Shown here one piece after another: positions 1 through 12,225 of a DNA stretch of 64,000 bases. The DNA lies in the NCBI GenBank assembly GCA_009103225.1, contig RHPI01000772.1, positions 62,001-126,000 of the forward strand. The letters are read 5' to 3'. A program made the position numbers and the translations under genes. Below the pieces are notes generated by a model. The model had not been told where the DNA came from. It ran no database searches and worked only from the letters and a program-made list of their open reading frames with translations. The number at the start of each line of letters is the position of its first letter. Position 1 is the stretch's first letter. This stretch comes from Chlorokybus atmophyticus (taxonomy: Eukaryota; Plantae; Mesostigma and Chlorokybus algae).

Positions 1-3000
1 GAGTGTCAGCCTCCTGGCACTACACCATCAGCAAGCACAGATCTTGCTGCTTTGTATGGGCTTGCCCCTTCTGTGAAACCCCAGGATTCCAGCCCATCTG
101 CTGTGCCCTCACCCTCAAAGTCGCCAGTGCTGGTTGACAGCAGTGCTCGGCAGTTTTCAACCGGTATTGCAGGAGTTGGCCTGCAACCATCAAGCATAGA
201 AGGGGTTGTTTACTCGCAGCTTGCTTCAGAAGCTGTGACAGAGCTCAAGTATAGTATTGCAGCTGTCAGTGATGAACCACAGCTGGAGGCTGCTGTTGCA
301 CCAGAGGCCACGCATGACGTGTCTTTGGACCATGCCCAACCTGGCGTTGAGACAGTTGCCTCCCTCACTGCAATGTTGGGCCTTGAGGGAGTTGTCTCCA
401 AAGAGCAAATTCTGTCTCGCATGGAAAAAGTGGATCAGGAGATTGAACAACTTGAGAAAAAGCTGGCACAGCAGACGGTGTCAGCACCTGTAGATATTGT
501 GAAGGCTGAAGAGGAAGGTGTCGGATATCATCAAGTTGCTGAGGTTCGTGGTCTGGTGAGTGCGGCTTGATACTGACTACCAGTTTTCTAAACCTACGTG
601 TTCACCAGGCACATGCTGCACAAGACGCTGGAGCCACTCAAATTCAGTCTATGGAGACGCATGGGTCCAAATTTGCCAAGGTATGACGCGATGCTAGTGA
701 TACTTGCTGTGTGCACAGTTGTAGTAACATTGTCCGCTTTTGCAGGCAATGGGTGCTGCTTTGGAGTCAGCTGTCAAGGGGGAGGCTGTAGTAAAGCTTG
801 AAGCTATGGAAGCCGACAGTACACTCCCTGCAAGACAGCACACATTGTCGCAATTACCTATGAGTTCACCGGGTACCCTTGAGCCCCACCTGGTTGCACT
901 GACAGCGCAAGAACGGAAGCAGCTCATTGACAACATCCTTGCTGAAAACAACAAAATGGCTGTAAAAACGCACTTGGTTTTCAATGGGCTGCAGCCCAAC
1001 AGCGCTCTGCCAGACTCTTCACTGTCAGCAGCAGCTATGCAGGCTGTGCATAGTCAGAATCAGAGACGGCATGCTGCAGTCATGGAGCAGATGGCGGCGG
1101 TTCTTGCCAAGCGCAAGCAGGTAATGTGCTAAGCTATTCTCATGCAAGCCTTTGTGATTGTTATGCAGGATGGATCTGCTGCATGGCACAATAAGTCATG
1201 CGAACACTTTATCTGCAGGCATTGCTGGAGAAGGAGCGGACGCTGGCTTTGGAGCATCGCAAACTGAGGGAATTGTGGAAGCACCGTGAGTCATTGCTGT
1301 CGCGGTCAACTGGCAAGTTGGACCTCATGGAGCGTCGACCGCCGCTTCCACCATTCAGAAGTTCCTCACGCTTGAGGGCTTCCATGTCTGATACTGTGCG
1401 CAGTGACTACGAGGAACTGCAGGTGTTGTCATACTTGCAAGCTGCTGAACAACGCCGCACCCTGGTACGGGTTCCACCGATGATTCTGAGTGAGAGAGAG
1501 CGACATGCCCAGCGTCTTCCCAGCAAGAATGGTTTGGTTGAAGATCCGGATGCGGAGGAAGAACAGCGCAAGCACATATTTCCATGGTCGGCAGCTGAGC
1601 AGAAAATATTTTTGGAAAAATTTGCACTGTACAACAAAAACTTTACCAAGATCGCGTCCTTCCTTGAGCATCGCTCTACTGCTGATTGCGTTCGCTTCTA
1701 CTACCAGAACCAAAAGTCAGAAGAGTTTCAGCGCGTGCGGTCAAAGCAACAGCTGAAGAAAAGGCACCCGCGAACAGCTCATTATCTCATGTCTTATACA
1801 GAGAACAAACAACCAGCATCCGCAGCACGGGAATTGTCAGTTAAAAGCTTGCGAAGTGCGCGGTTTGGTGGGCTGGATAGGTTGCGTCCAGCAGACTCCT
1901 CCATGGCGGCTGACAATGCCAGCAGTGTGAACTTGAGACCACCGACCAAGGATGCACGCAGTTTTGGAGGTTGGACACCCAACGGTGCCCTCATCACCAA
2001 GGCTAGTCGCAGCCAAGGAAAGCATGCCAGCAACCGCGGCAAGATGGATGACAGTGCGGGTGAAGGAACTGATGACATGTCCAGTCCTCATGCTGTTCCA
2101 ATCCCCATTGTAGCAAAGCGCATTCGCAGCAGCGTGCTCAGCGTGTCCAAAGGTGAAGCTGGTCGTTCACCCCCACTGCATGATTTGGACTCGAGGTGGA
2201 CAGCAGGCGAGTGCGAACGGTTTGTGGCTGGCTTGGCAAAGTTTGGAAAAGAGTTTCAGAGTGTCGCTGAGTATGTGGGCACCAAAGCACCCTGGCAGTG
2301 CAAGGCTTTCTTCAGCAAAAGCAGAAAACGGCTGGGCTTGGACAAGTTTGTTGACTCAGCTTCTGATAAGTCCGCCTCCCAGCCATTAGCCAGTGCAGAT
2401 GCCGGCGATGCTGCGGCACTTGAGACCAGCCATGCAGATGCTGCAACTTCCAAGCCGGCAGATCAAGCCAGCACACCGCGCGCAGATGTGGTGCAGGATG
2501 GTGATGCAGGGCACTTGCTGCACCTGGCAGGTGTTGCGGCTGCCTCGCTTCAGGACATGAGTGCATCTGTGCCTGATGATCGGCCCAGTGATTCTCTCAC
2601 AGAGGTGGAGGCTGCTGCGTTACTGGCAATCAATAAACAGGATGCTAGCATTCCTCAGGGCTCCACAGGGGTGGTGGACATGCCGGAAGTGCCCGCTTTG
2701 GCTGAGCCGGCTACAGATGGCAAGCAACCTTTGCTGCCTGACACAAGCGAGCAACCGGCATCAGTTGAAGCGATCAAGGAAGAAGTTAAATTGAAGGCAA
2801 AGGCGCCTCGCAAGCGCACAACGGATCCCAATCGGAAGCGGGGCCAGGCTTCTGGAGTACAGCCAGCTCAGTCGGGGTCTGCATGTGTCACCAGGGCGCC
2901 ATCGCAGATGGCAGCACCTCCGGTGCAAACGGCCACAAGTCCGCCGCCATGCAATCCTGAAGATGTGGAGACGCCAGCTAATGCAGCACCAACTGCGTCA

Positions 3001-4982
3001 AACATCCCGCACCCAGCTATGTCATCCTTGATGTACCAGATGCCAACGAATTCATCTGTATTTATGCCTCCTAGTTATGCCCATCCTGCGTTTGCAGCGT
3101 TTCAAGGGCTGAATGCTTCTGTGTATGCATCCATGGCTGCAGCCCAGCAGGATGCGTATGCGCTGCATGCGCAGCTGTTTCCATCCCATGGAGACACTCG
3201 AGCGCACCCTTATGCTGCATTGCATACGTCGTCGACTGGAGCTCGTGCAGATGCCAGTACAGTTCTGTCTCCAGAGCATCGCGGCTTGCCAGATGGAGGA
3301 ACTGTGTTTCCATATATGGGTTACCCGCGTTCTACAGCACCTGCTCAGAACCCATCACCTCCCATGCAAGAGCCAGTTGCAAAACAGCAGGCAGCTCAGC
3401 CTGTCGCGCGGATCTCTCCCCCGCAAGTGCAGCAGCAGTCTGCACAGGAGCAAGACCTGCAGCAGTTTGCTCACAAGCCGATGCTGGATTCCCGCATGCT
3501 GGCGCCTCACATCCAGCAACAGCTGCAGTATGCGCTCTACTCTCGGCAGCATGCCCAGCAACTGCTGCAACAGCAGCAAGCACAGCAGCAAGCGCCCATG
3601 CCACAGCCGCTGCCGCAGCAACAGATGCTGCAGTCGCAGCAGTCGCAGCAACAGCAGCAGCAGCAACAGCAGATGCATTCGCAGCAGCAGCAGCAGTTGC
3701 TGCATCAGCCGCAGCCATCGGTGCAGCAACAGCACCACATGTCACAGCAAATGCACCGGCAGCCGCCACACGCGCAGTCGCCAATGCAGCCCGTTCTGCA
3801 ACAGCAACAGCCATCGGGGATGCCTCTTATGCAACATACATTGCATATGCCCAGTGCGCAGCACAGTTTGCCAGTCAATCATGTACAGTCAGAACCCTCT
3901 GCTGCTCAAGAGCAGCCTATGAGAGACGTGAAGCTGTTTGGACAGTCTTTACGCTCTCAGCCCACGCCTCCTCCGCAAGGTTCGGTTCCCTTTCCGCGCT
4001 CTGTCAGCCCTGTAGACGCATTGGCCTCATCTACAGGCAGGGTGCCAACCCCCACTCACGCATCATCACCTCCGCCCCCTCTGCATTCCATGCCACCATT
4101 CACACCTGCGTCAAGTATACCACATGCGACACTTGCGATGCAGCAGTGGCTACTAGCCCGCCAGTCCCGTGAAGCAAGTGATCTCTCTAGCCACCCTTCA
4201 ATGCATGATGCAGTGGAGCGTGCTCGCATGGAGGATACACGTTCTTCTTGGCCGGGAGGCGCTTGGTATTCTGGAGCTTCCTGGGGGCCACCGCCAGGTT
4301 CAATGCCCGGTGCTATGCGATATGCTGCTTTGCCACCTGATGGTCCTGGGAGAGCCTTGCCAGATTACTATCGCCAAGGTTAGCCAAGTACCATTACCAC
4401 TTCACAGCTTGGCCCTTGTTATGTCTTTTCCTGGTCAACTATTGGTGCCAGCAACGCAGTATTGTGAATTATGATGTTGTCAATTTCTGTAGCTGCAACT
4501 TACTGGGTGGTTGTGCTTGCGCAGAAGGGCCAGCGGTGTTGCCGCCACCGGTGCACGGCGGTGAGGCAATGCAGCACTACTTGCAAGAAGCTCAAACCAG
4601 GAGTAGCACTTCACAGGCACAGGATCTGGCCAGTCGGGAGACTGCGTACAGCATGCTCACCCCTGCCGCCTGGCAGGAGGCAATGCGGTCAGCAAGCCCT
4701 GCAGGACCTGCTGGTTTCCCGTTAACTATCCCAGCCGGGCATGATCCTCGCATGTACTGGCATGATATGGCGGTCCCAAGAATGTTTTATGAGGGATTGA
4801 GACCTGAGGCGGTCTCTGCTATGGCAGCCGCAGGCGCGATGGGTCGGGCAGCTTTGCTGAACAGTTTAGATGGCAAGCGGATAGACAAGGAGTCGCACCC
4901 GTATGCGCCTGAACTTCTACAAAGACAGGGGGGATGGGAACCACCAGACGGAGGACAGTTAGATAGGCAGAATGTAAGCTAG
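1..4982 (+). CDS. NCoR/SMRT-family SANT-domain co-repressor, POWERDRESS-like (5' end lies outside the window)
   Basis: Exons <1-555, 609-680, 746-1120, 1219-4378, 4525-4982, joined by GT-AG introns; phases checked for the last three exons. Contains SKEQILSRMEKVDQEIEQLEKKL (NCoR N-terminal coiled coil), SANT1 PWSAAEQKIFLEKFALYNKNFTKIASFLEHRSTADCVRFYY, SANT2 WTAGECERFVAGLAKFGKEFQSVAEYVGTKAPWQCKAFFSK, a polyQ tract and a DVKLFGQ motif. Confidence 0.88.
3421..3812 (+). repeat. CAG/CAA-rich coding repeat (polyglutamine/Gln-Pro low-complexity region)
   Basis: Runs of cagcagcaa encoding QQQQQQQQMHSQQQQQ inside the large exon. Confidence 0.9.
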
Positions 4983-6736
4983 TGACAGCGATTGTTCGCT
5001 GGTTGCAATTGTTGCCGTGGTGTACAGCAAGCTGGCGTCAGCTGCATAAGCAATTGCAGTTTACGTGCATGTGTATAAACAGTGGCTGGTCTGGCACCCG
5101 CCTCGCCTTATGTCATGGTGCACATTGTGGCATCATGTGGTAATCGAATTCCTGCCTTGTAAGGTTGGCTGTTAGTTTGTGCACAGTAATTCTGTGCCAT
5201 GGGATACAATAATTCTGCCATGTTACGTGATGCTGATGAAGACACTGTGTATATTATATATCAAGGGCTATTCCGACATTGTGTATCGTCGGGCAAGAAA
5301 ATTGTACATACAAATACACACTAGTATGTACATAATGTCATTGCAACGCATGCTTGTAACTTCCTCGCGCAAATCATACATACAGGTTCAATTGTGCTGG
5401 TGGGGCGCTGCCATTGCTTTTAAACACTGTGCTTGCTGCAATAACGGCGTCTTGCTTGCGTGGTGACCGTTGCACACCTTCAAGTCACTCAACCATGACC
5501 TGGCTACACATTATGCTTTGGGGGGCCGCTTTCACTACACTACCATATAGTAGGTGCTGTGCTTTTGCTAGTTCCCACTGAACTGCTTTGTGCCAATGGC
5601 ACTTGTGGTAAGTTGACACCTCTATTATTAGTGACATACAAGCTAGTGTTGATGATGCCAATGTGGTAAATGTGAAACGTATTCATTACATCACAGTTCC
5701 TTTACTCTTGACCATATAATAACAGCGCGTTGTTTTGCATCGATTTCTCAATGCGTAGGCAAAACAAATAACAAGACTGCAAGTAATGCATAATGGGAAA
5801 GATTGTATGAAAGGTGAGGACTTGTGTGCAGTATATACAATACAATTGGATGTGGGTGAGTATTGTACGCAAACAAAGAGACTTTAATGAAACCATCGTT
5901 CGTGCAAATTGTGCCATACGGGCATGCAAGAGCGGCAAACATCATGCATACACATTTCGACCAAAGACATGCCTTGGTCAGAGCATGCATAACATAGCTT
6001 GGCCCTTATGTTTATGTTTGTGTTTTGCTTGTCTATGTTCTCTCTGAGGGACCAATTAGTGACATCACGTAATGTGACTAAGATATGTATAAAAGTGTTG
6101 TGGCATTGGTTTTTGGGGAAACAGATGAACATCGTTGCACAGAAAGACATGCGTACGCTGTAAAAATTACAATTGTTAAGATACTTACAATAACCAATGG
6201 TATATCATTATAATTGTTAATGAGTATACATTGTGATAGTCGCGTCAATTTATTCCCCAATGTCTTGTGAATATACATGACACGCACACCAATATTCCCA
6301 CGTCATTTCATTGCGGTACATCAATTCATACAATAATGCAATAAGTGAAACATGATTCTTGCATTTTTATAAGTGATTCACCATATGTAAGAAATCATCG
6401 ACTTCTATTGTAAGTTGTCATATTAGCCGCAATCAGCTTCCAATACAAGATGTGGCTTGAGTACTTTGTTTGCTATGCTATACTCTATGTGTGACAACAA
6501 AGTGCAGTGTACCAGTGCCGGTCATCTCGCACCTTTTTGATCGACTCCTTTTCAGGCTGTCACATGCTGCATGTGACATGCAGCCATTATGCATGAACAG
6601 ATTTCCTCACGGTCCTCATGCTCATACAAGGTGCGCTCGTATCCTTACCGTAAGCCATTTCCTTAGGTCACAGGACTCACGCATCCACCGGCAGCAAGGC
6701 TGTGTGGCATTTGACGGTCGCGATCGCGCTCACACG

Positions 6737-6745
6737 AAACCCTAA
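6737..6745 (+). promoter_or_regulatory. telo-box (AAACCCTAA) upstream of the ribosomal protein gene
   Basis: Exact AAACCCTAA 132 bp upstream of the RPS5 ATG. Telo-boxes are established cis-elements of plant ribosomal protein genes. Confidence 0.65.
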
Positions 6746-6876
6746 CTTGTCGACGGCCGCCTGCCGCAAACTCTCTTCCAGCGCCGCCGCCTCCGCCGCC
6801 GCAGGCGTGGTGCGAGGCGACCTGCGTGTGGGCCGGGTTCAGGAGCAGGAGCGTCAGGGCAGGCGTGGTTATCATC

Positions 6877-8458
6877 ATGGCGGAGGTAGAAGCGGCCGCC
6901 GCTGCCCCGGCGCCGGCGCCGGCACCGGCACCGGTGCCGGCACCGGCACCGGCCCCGGTGTCGAATACCACGGAGATCAAGCTGTTTGGCAAGTGGTCGT
7001 TTGACGATGTTGAGGTGAGTTGCAATTGGAAGAGCTTGTATTGTGGTGTCTGGTCAGGTCTGGATCTGCAAAACTTGTGTAGTTGGTGTAAGGGACGGCA
7101 GCCCTGGCTCATTAGCATCGCGTCAGCACAGTGCGGCACTCTTATAAGCATTGTGTCAGCGGCCGCACTGTGCTGACGCAATGCTGGTAAGTGCCTGAGT
7201 GTTGCTATCTAGAAGGTATATTAGAGCCAGACACCTGCAGCAGTTGCGGGTTTGCTTAACGCTTGTGCAGTTGCCTCTGCAGTACGCAGCAAGGTGGTCG
7301 ACGCTGTAATTGCTAGTGCTGTGTTGACGGATGGTTGCGCATTTGGTTTTGCATGTGCACAGTTTTGGTGTTGCAACCCGGCAGCTTTTTACCCAAAACG
7401 CGACAACTCTCTTGTATGCACTGCACAGCAGTATGTTGGCTGCAGTGTTGCTTGTTGCCAGCTTAGCCATGTCACTTGTTATGCTGCTAAACGGCGTCCT
7501 GGCAGGTGAACGATATCTCTCTGGAGGATTACATTGCCGTGAAGCCTAAGTATGCCGTGTACGTCCCTCACACCGCCGGCCGCTACTCCATCAAGCGGTT
7601 CCGCAAGGCCCAGTGCCCTATTGTGGAGCGCTTCACTAACTCGCTGATGATGCACGGTCGCAACAACGGCAAGAAGCTCATGGCGGTAAGTCCGTCGCGT
7701 GGCTGTAATGTTTCTTCGCAGGGATTGGCAGGCCCTCTTTGTCAATCTGTGCATAAGCGAGTGCACTGGTTTGTGTTACTGTTCGTACATGCATCAGTTT
7801 ATTTTACTAGCATTGTTGTACTATCATTGTTGCCCCTTGTGTGCGAGTGGAATGAGTTCGAGTGTATGTCAATGGTAGCTTGTGGCGCTTGTGCACGCAT
7901 AGCAACAGTGGTCGGTTGGCAGGTGCGCATTGTCAAGCACGCGTTCGAGATCATTCACTTGCTCACAGATCAGAACCCTGTCCAAGTCCTGGTTGATGCC
8001 ATCATCAACAGGTCAGTGCTCGACTTGATGCGTTAATTTCCAAGGGGATGTTTGTGCCAGGGAAGTTGGTTTAGCCAATTGCACGGCTGCCATTGCTGTT
8101 GCTGATGCGTTATCACGCAGTGGCCCACGAGAGGATGCCACGCGTATTGGCTCTGCTGGTGTCATCCGAAGGCAGGCCGTCGATATCTCACCCCTGCGAC
8201 GAGTGAACTCCGCCATCTACCTGCTCACCACAGGCGCTCGTGAGGCCGCCTTCCGCAATATCAAGACCATCGCTGAGTGCGTGGCTGATGAGCTGATCAA
8301 TGCTGCCAAGGGATCATCAAACAGGTATAGCGCATGCTTGTTGATCGTGTGTTACATGCCTGTCCCTTGCAACAATCTATAATGTGTATGTGTGATTGTG
8401 CAGCTATGCTATCAAGAAGAAGGATGAGATTGAGCGTGTTGCTAAGGCCAACCGTTAA
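6877..8458 (+). CDS. RPS5: 40S ribosomal protein S5 (uS7)
   Basis: Exons 6877-7014, 7506-7685, 7923-8011, 8121-8324, 8404-8458 with GT-AG introns. Translation includes [26 protein letters not shown]...[12 protein letters not shown]...[10 protein letters not shown]...[30 protein letters not shown]. Confidence 0.98.
7114..7185. other. long stem-loop in RPS5 intron 1
   Basis: gcgtcagcacagtgcggc (7120-7137) is the exact reverse complement of gccgcactgtgctgacgc (7162-7179). The stem extends 5 more bp after one mismatch; the loop is 24 nt. Confidence 0.85.
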
Positions 8459-9609
8459 GGCATTGCATTGCTTGTCGGTCAGAACAGGTTACTGAAATTG
8501 ACTGCACTCTTTGTGATCGTAGCGCTTTGTTGAGGCATGTCAGTTTTTCCGCTGCTGGAGGTCTGTACATGTTGTGTATTGGGCTCACAATTGCTCGCAT
8601 CGTGTTGGCTGGAGCTCTTGCGTATGTTGTAGTGTATTTGGTTGTCGGTTCACGGGCTAACATCTTATGAGAGCTTGTCCTGTCATCGCTGCAACAGTAT
8701 GTGGTGCTGGGGAAAGCCGCAGCATGCAGGTTACAGCATGCAATGGCAAGGTTCTTGCCACTGTTGGCGCAGGAGGCACGTGCTTGGTGATCTGAACAAT
8801 AGGTTTTAACAATAGGCAATGCAGTTCAACCGGCAGCTATGTGCTAGCATGTGTTAGTCAGCACAAGCTGCCATAACTGTTTGTGCTATTATTGCTATTT
8901 TGTTGGTGTCTGCTGCGCTGCTGCTACCAGTCACACTCTCCGGATTGTATAGTAGCAAATAGCAGAAATGGTATGTCAGGTCTCTTGGTAATGAACGCTT
9001 ACTGGGTAGCAAAGCAGGGACGCAATATTTCAATCCACTATTTACCTACACAGAAGTGTTACTGTAGACCATCTACACCGGATCATTCGAGCATGGCATA
9101 AGTGGTAGAATATAGAGTTGTTAATTAATTGCAATTAAGAAAGTGCAGTTGTGGCAAACAATATTGTCTAAGTATGTTTGCCACATCTGCTAAACTATCA
9201 TTAGTACGCTCGTACGCAAACATACACATACACACCCACCATCAACATATTCGTGGTGTGATATTTAGGGTGGTGACATCCTGAGTATCACACAGCTGAC
9301 AAGTTAAAAAGATGCAGCACGCTGCAGATAAACCATACAACTGCGTGAAAAACTTCTGGCCATACTGACTACCTAGCGATTATTATGCTGTACAAGGCAA
9401 CCAGTATCACACAACTGCATAGCACAACGCCCAGACCTACCTCAACCTACACTCTACCGGCCTGCCCTACACTTCATCACCAACCCATATATCTCTACAG
9501 CCAATCTGGTGCTACACAATGTACAACTGCACTGAAGCAGCAGCGCAGTGCCACACATCCCACTGGCACTGAAGCAGTGTCCATATATACATGTTTTACA
9601 AATCGGAGT

Positions 9610-10434
9610 TTATATGAATGGCGCAGCAGTCGTCTGCGAGGCATAAGGCAGACACTGCGCCAGGGACAATGCCACCAACACACTCAGCATGACTACAGGC
9701 CCTCCCATGGTCGACTGCTTGCTCTTGAAGACCATGCGGTAGGAGAAGTAACCCGCCGTGAGCAGCGCGCCCGCTATGCCCATGTCGATGCCTATCTTCT
9801 GGCTGAAGTGCTGCTGCAGAACATACGACTGCAAACAGGAGAACGATTACAAAAGAGTCTATGATGCAGTGGCAACGTAGTGGAACGTATGCATGCTATG
9901 TGTGATGCAGCAACACATGCAGCAATGTTTACCGCACAGAGTACGCCCGCGAGAGCAAATTGCGCAATGAAAGGTGAGTCCGCTTCTTCAGAGTAGAACT
10001 CTGTCATAGTTGAAAGGAACGTGTGAGCAAGGCTCGTACTGCAATAGTTAACTTTCGTCACACGCACAAGCACATGCATATGCACGTGCATTCAGTGCGG
10101 GACCTAATGCTAAGGCCTTACGTTCTGTGAGGCAGCCGTAACCCATCCCCAGGAAGGAGTACGTGACAACAATCAGCTCCGGTACTGTCACTGCTGACGT
10201 GGACGGCCTGGAGGCCACGTCTCCAGCCCGGCGGTCGAACGAGGAGCAGGCGGCGGAGGCTGGAGCTGCATGGCGCCAGACACCCCTCACTCCCCTTCCA
10301 GCGAACACCCCCCGAACAGACTTGCATGCGCGTGTGCTGATGGCGCGGGTTGGAGATGATGTTGACAATGACGGAGAGGTAGCTGCTGAAGACAGCATCC
10401 TCAGTGATGAGGCGGCGGCGGTGGCTGTCGTCAT
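9610..10434 (-). CDS. putative plastid-targeted TMEM14/FAX-like membrane protein (199 aa)
   Basis: Exons 10434-10122, 10000-9933, 9828-9610 join in frame through GT-AG introns. The Ser/Thr/Ala/Arg-rich N-terminus resembles a transit peptide and is followed by about 4 hydrophobic helices (GIAGALLTAGYFSYRMVFKSKQSTMGGPVVMLSVLVAL). Family assignment is by eye only. Confidence 0.55.
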
Positions 10435-11229
10435 GGCTGGCAAACGCAGGGCAATTCACGCAAGCCAACTGCTGCTGGTTTGGCAGAGAAAAGCAATGCA
10501 CCCACCACTACTGCGCTCGCAATCAACACGACTACGAAAAGCAAGAGCAGATGCTACCCCGTCAACAGCGACCCCACCGATGATAGTGGCCTCGCCTATG
10601 TGCAGAACAGTGATTTTGCTAAGGCATTGCCGCTGTGCGGCAGAACATATCACGTGAGTTGCGTAACCCATCGCCGACGTTGCGATCCAGTTACGATCTT
10701 CCTTAAGCGTAACTGAGCAAACAAGCGTATCGGCGCGCGGATGTCATGGGTTATGTCATGCTGACGCATTGCGGGTTTATATTCTGTTAGAAATGGCAAA
10801 ACCAAGTACCGGAACTCCGTCATGAAATCAGGTCCCCTGCGATACGGGGGAGCGGGGTGCTGCGCGCGCCGTGTCGCGGGGATCGACCGTGAGCCACGTC
10901 GTGCTCTGCGACCCCAAGCCAGATTTGCGAGGGCTTGGAGCGCGCCACGCGCCCGAAACACCCCTCGCTGTGAGAATGATGCTGGACTAAGCTGAGACAG
11001 CCCCTATCAACTCTCCTTGTGTTGTGTACAACGCATACTTGAGAGACCATTGGATTTGAAGTATGAGTGTATGTATGTATATATGCGTTTTGTAGAAAAG
11101 CCATGTAATGTACGCTTGATGAATGTGTAACAAGGTAATACACATAGCTATAAACTATGTTATAAGCATTACTCATTACATCAATTGAGCATATGTCAAA
11201 ACCACATTGTACTTCAATCAGTGAGACAT

Positions 11230-12225
11230 TGTAACGGGAAGGTACATTAATTACCACAAATCGACCATAAAGCACCAAGTCTTTTGTGGTCGAGTGGGCT
11301 GTGACATTGGTCATCGGAGCTTGAGACCCGGGTTCGATTCCTGCCTTGCACACGAATTCCGCGGTCGTTGTTTCTCGATCCAATAATCGTAAATGGTCAC
11401 TTGATGAGTGCCATCATCGATGGGTCGCGACTTGCCTAATGGCAGTCGCGCCGAAGTGACCTGACCAGTTCAGTCGGCGCGGCAGGGCGCGACCTGCCTA
11501 TCGCGGCGACGCGACCTGTGGGGCCGGCAGCGGAGCTGAGCTCCGGGAGCTCTATGCGCGCGCTGACCGGTATGGGCCTAAATTAGCCGGTCCTTGGCTG
11601 TGGGGCCGGTGACCGACCCTAACAAACCCCTTGGGTAATTCCCCAGCTGACCGCGCAGCTGCCGAGGACGTCAGCGTTCTTAAGTGGGGGGGAATGTAAC
11701 GGGAAGGTACATTAAATTACCACAAATCGACCATAAAAGCACCTAGTCTTTTGTGGTCGAGTGGGCTGTGACATTGGTCATCGGAGCTTGAGACCCGGGT
11801 TCGATTCCTGCCTTGCACACGAATTCCGCGGTCGTTGTTTCTCGATCCAATAATCGTAAATGGTCACTTTATGAGTGCCATCATCGATGGGTCGCGACTT
11901 GCCTAATGGCAGTCGCGCCGAACTGACCAGTTCAGTCGGCGCGGCAGAGCGCGACCTGCCTATCGCGGCGACGCGACCTGTGGGGCCGGCAGCGGAGCGC
12001 TATGCGCGCGCTGACCGGTTTGGGCCTAGATTGGCCGGTCCTTGGACGGTGGGGCCGGTGACCGACCCTAAATCAGACCCCTGGGAAGATTCCCCAGCTG
12101 ATGGCCGCCAGCTGCCGAGGACGTCAGCGTTCTTAAGTGGGGGGGAATGTAACGGGAAGGTACATTAATTACCACAAATCGACCATAAAAGCACCAAGTC
12201 TTTTGTGGTCGAGTGGGCTGTGACA
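11230..12225 (+). mobile_element. tandem-array TRIM (LTR-internal-LTR-internal-LTR), non-autonomous LTR retroelement
   Basis: Three TG...CA LTRs at 11230-11306, 11695-11773 and 12148-12225. A PBS-like tggtcatcggagc follows LTR1 and LTR2, a polypurine tract aagtgggggggaa precedes LTR2 and LTR3, and a 5-bp TSD GACAT lies at 11225-11229 and 12226-12230. No RT/gag ORF. Confidence 0.92.

Noticed and set aside
3113-3922. long alternative-frame and antisense ORFs over the polyQ region
   Set aside because: Shadows of CAG repeats and GC-rich codon usage.
11275-11350. functional tRNA gene inside the TRIM
   Set aside because: A- and B-box motifs are present, but no acceptor stem or 7-nt anticodon loop can be folded.
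11230-12225. CRISPR-like or satellite array
   Set aside because: The sequences between the short repeats are near-identical rather than unique spacers, and PBS, PPT and TSD explain the structure as a TRIM.
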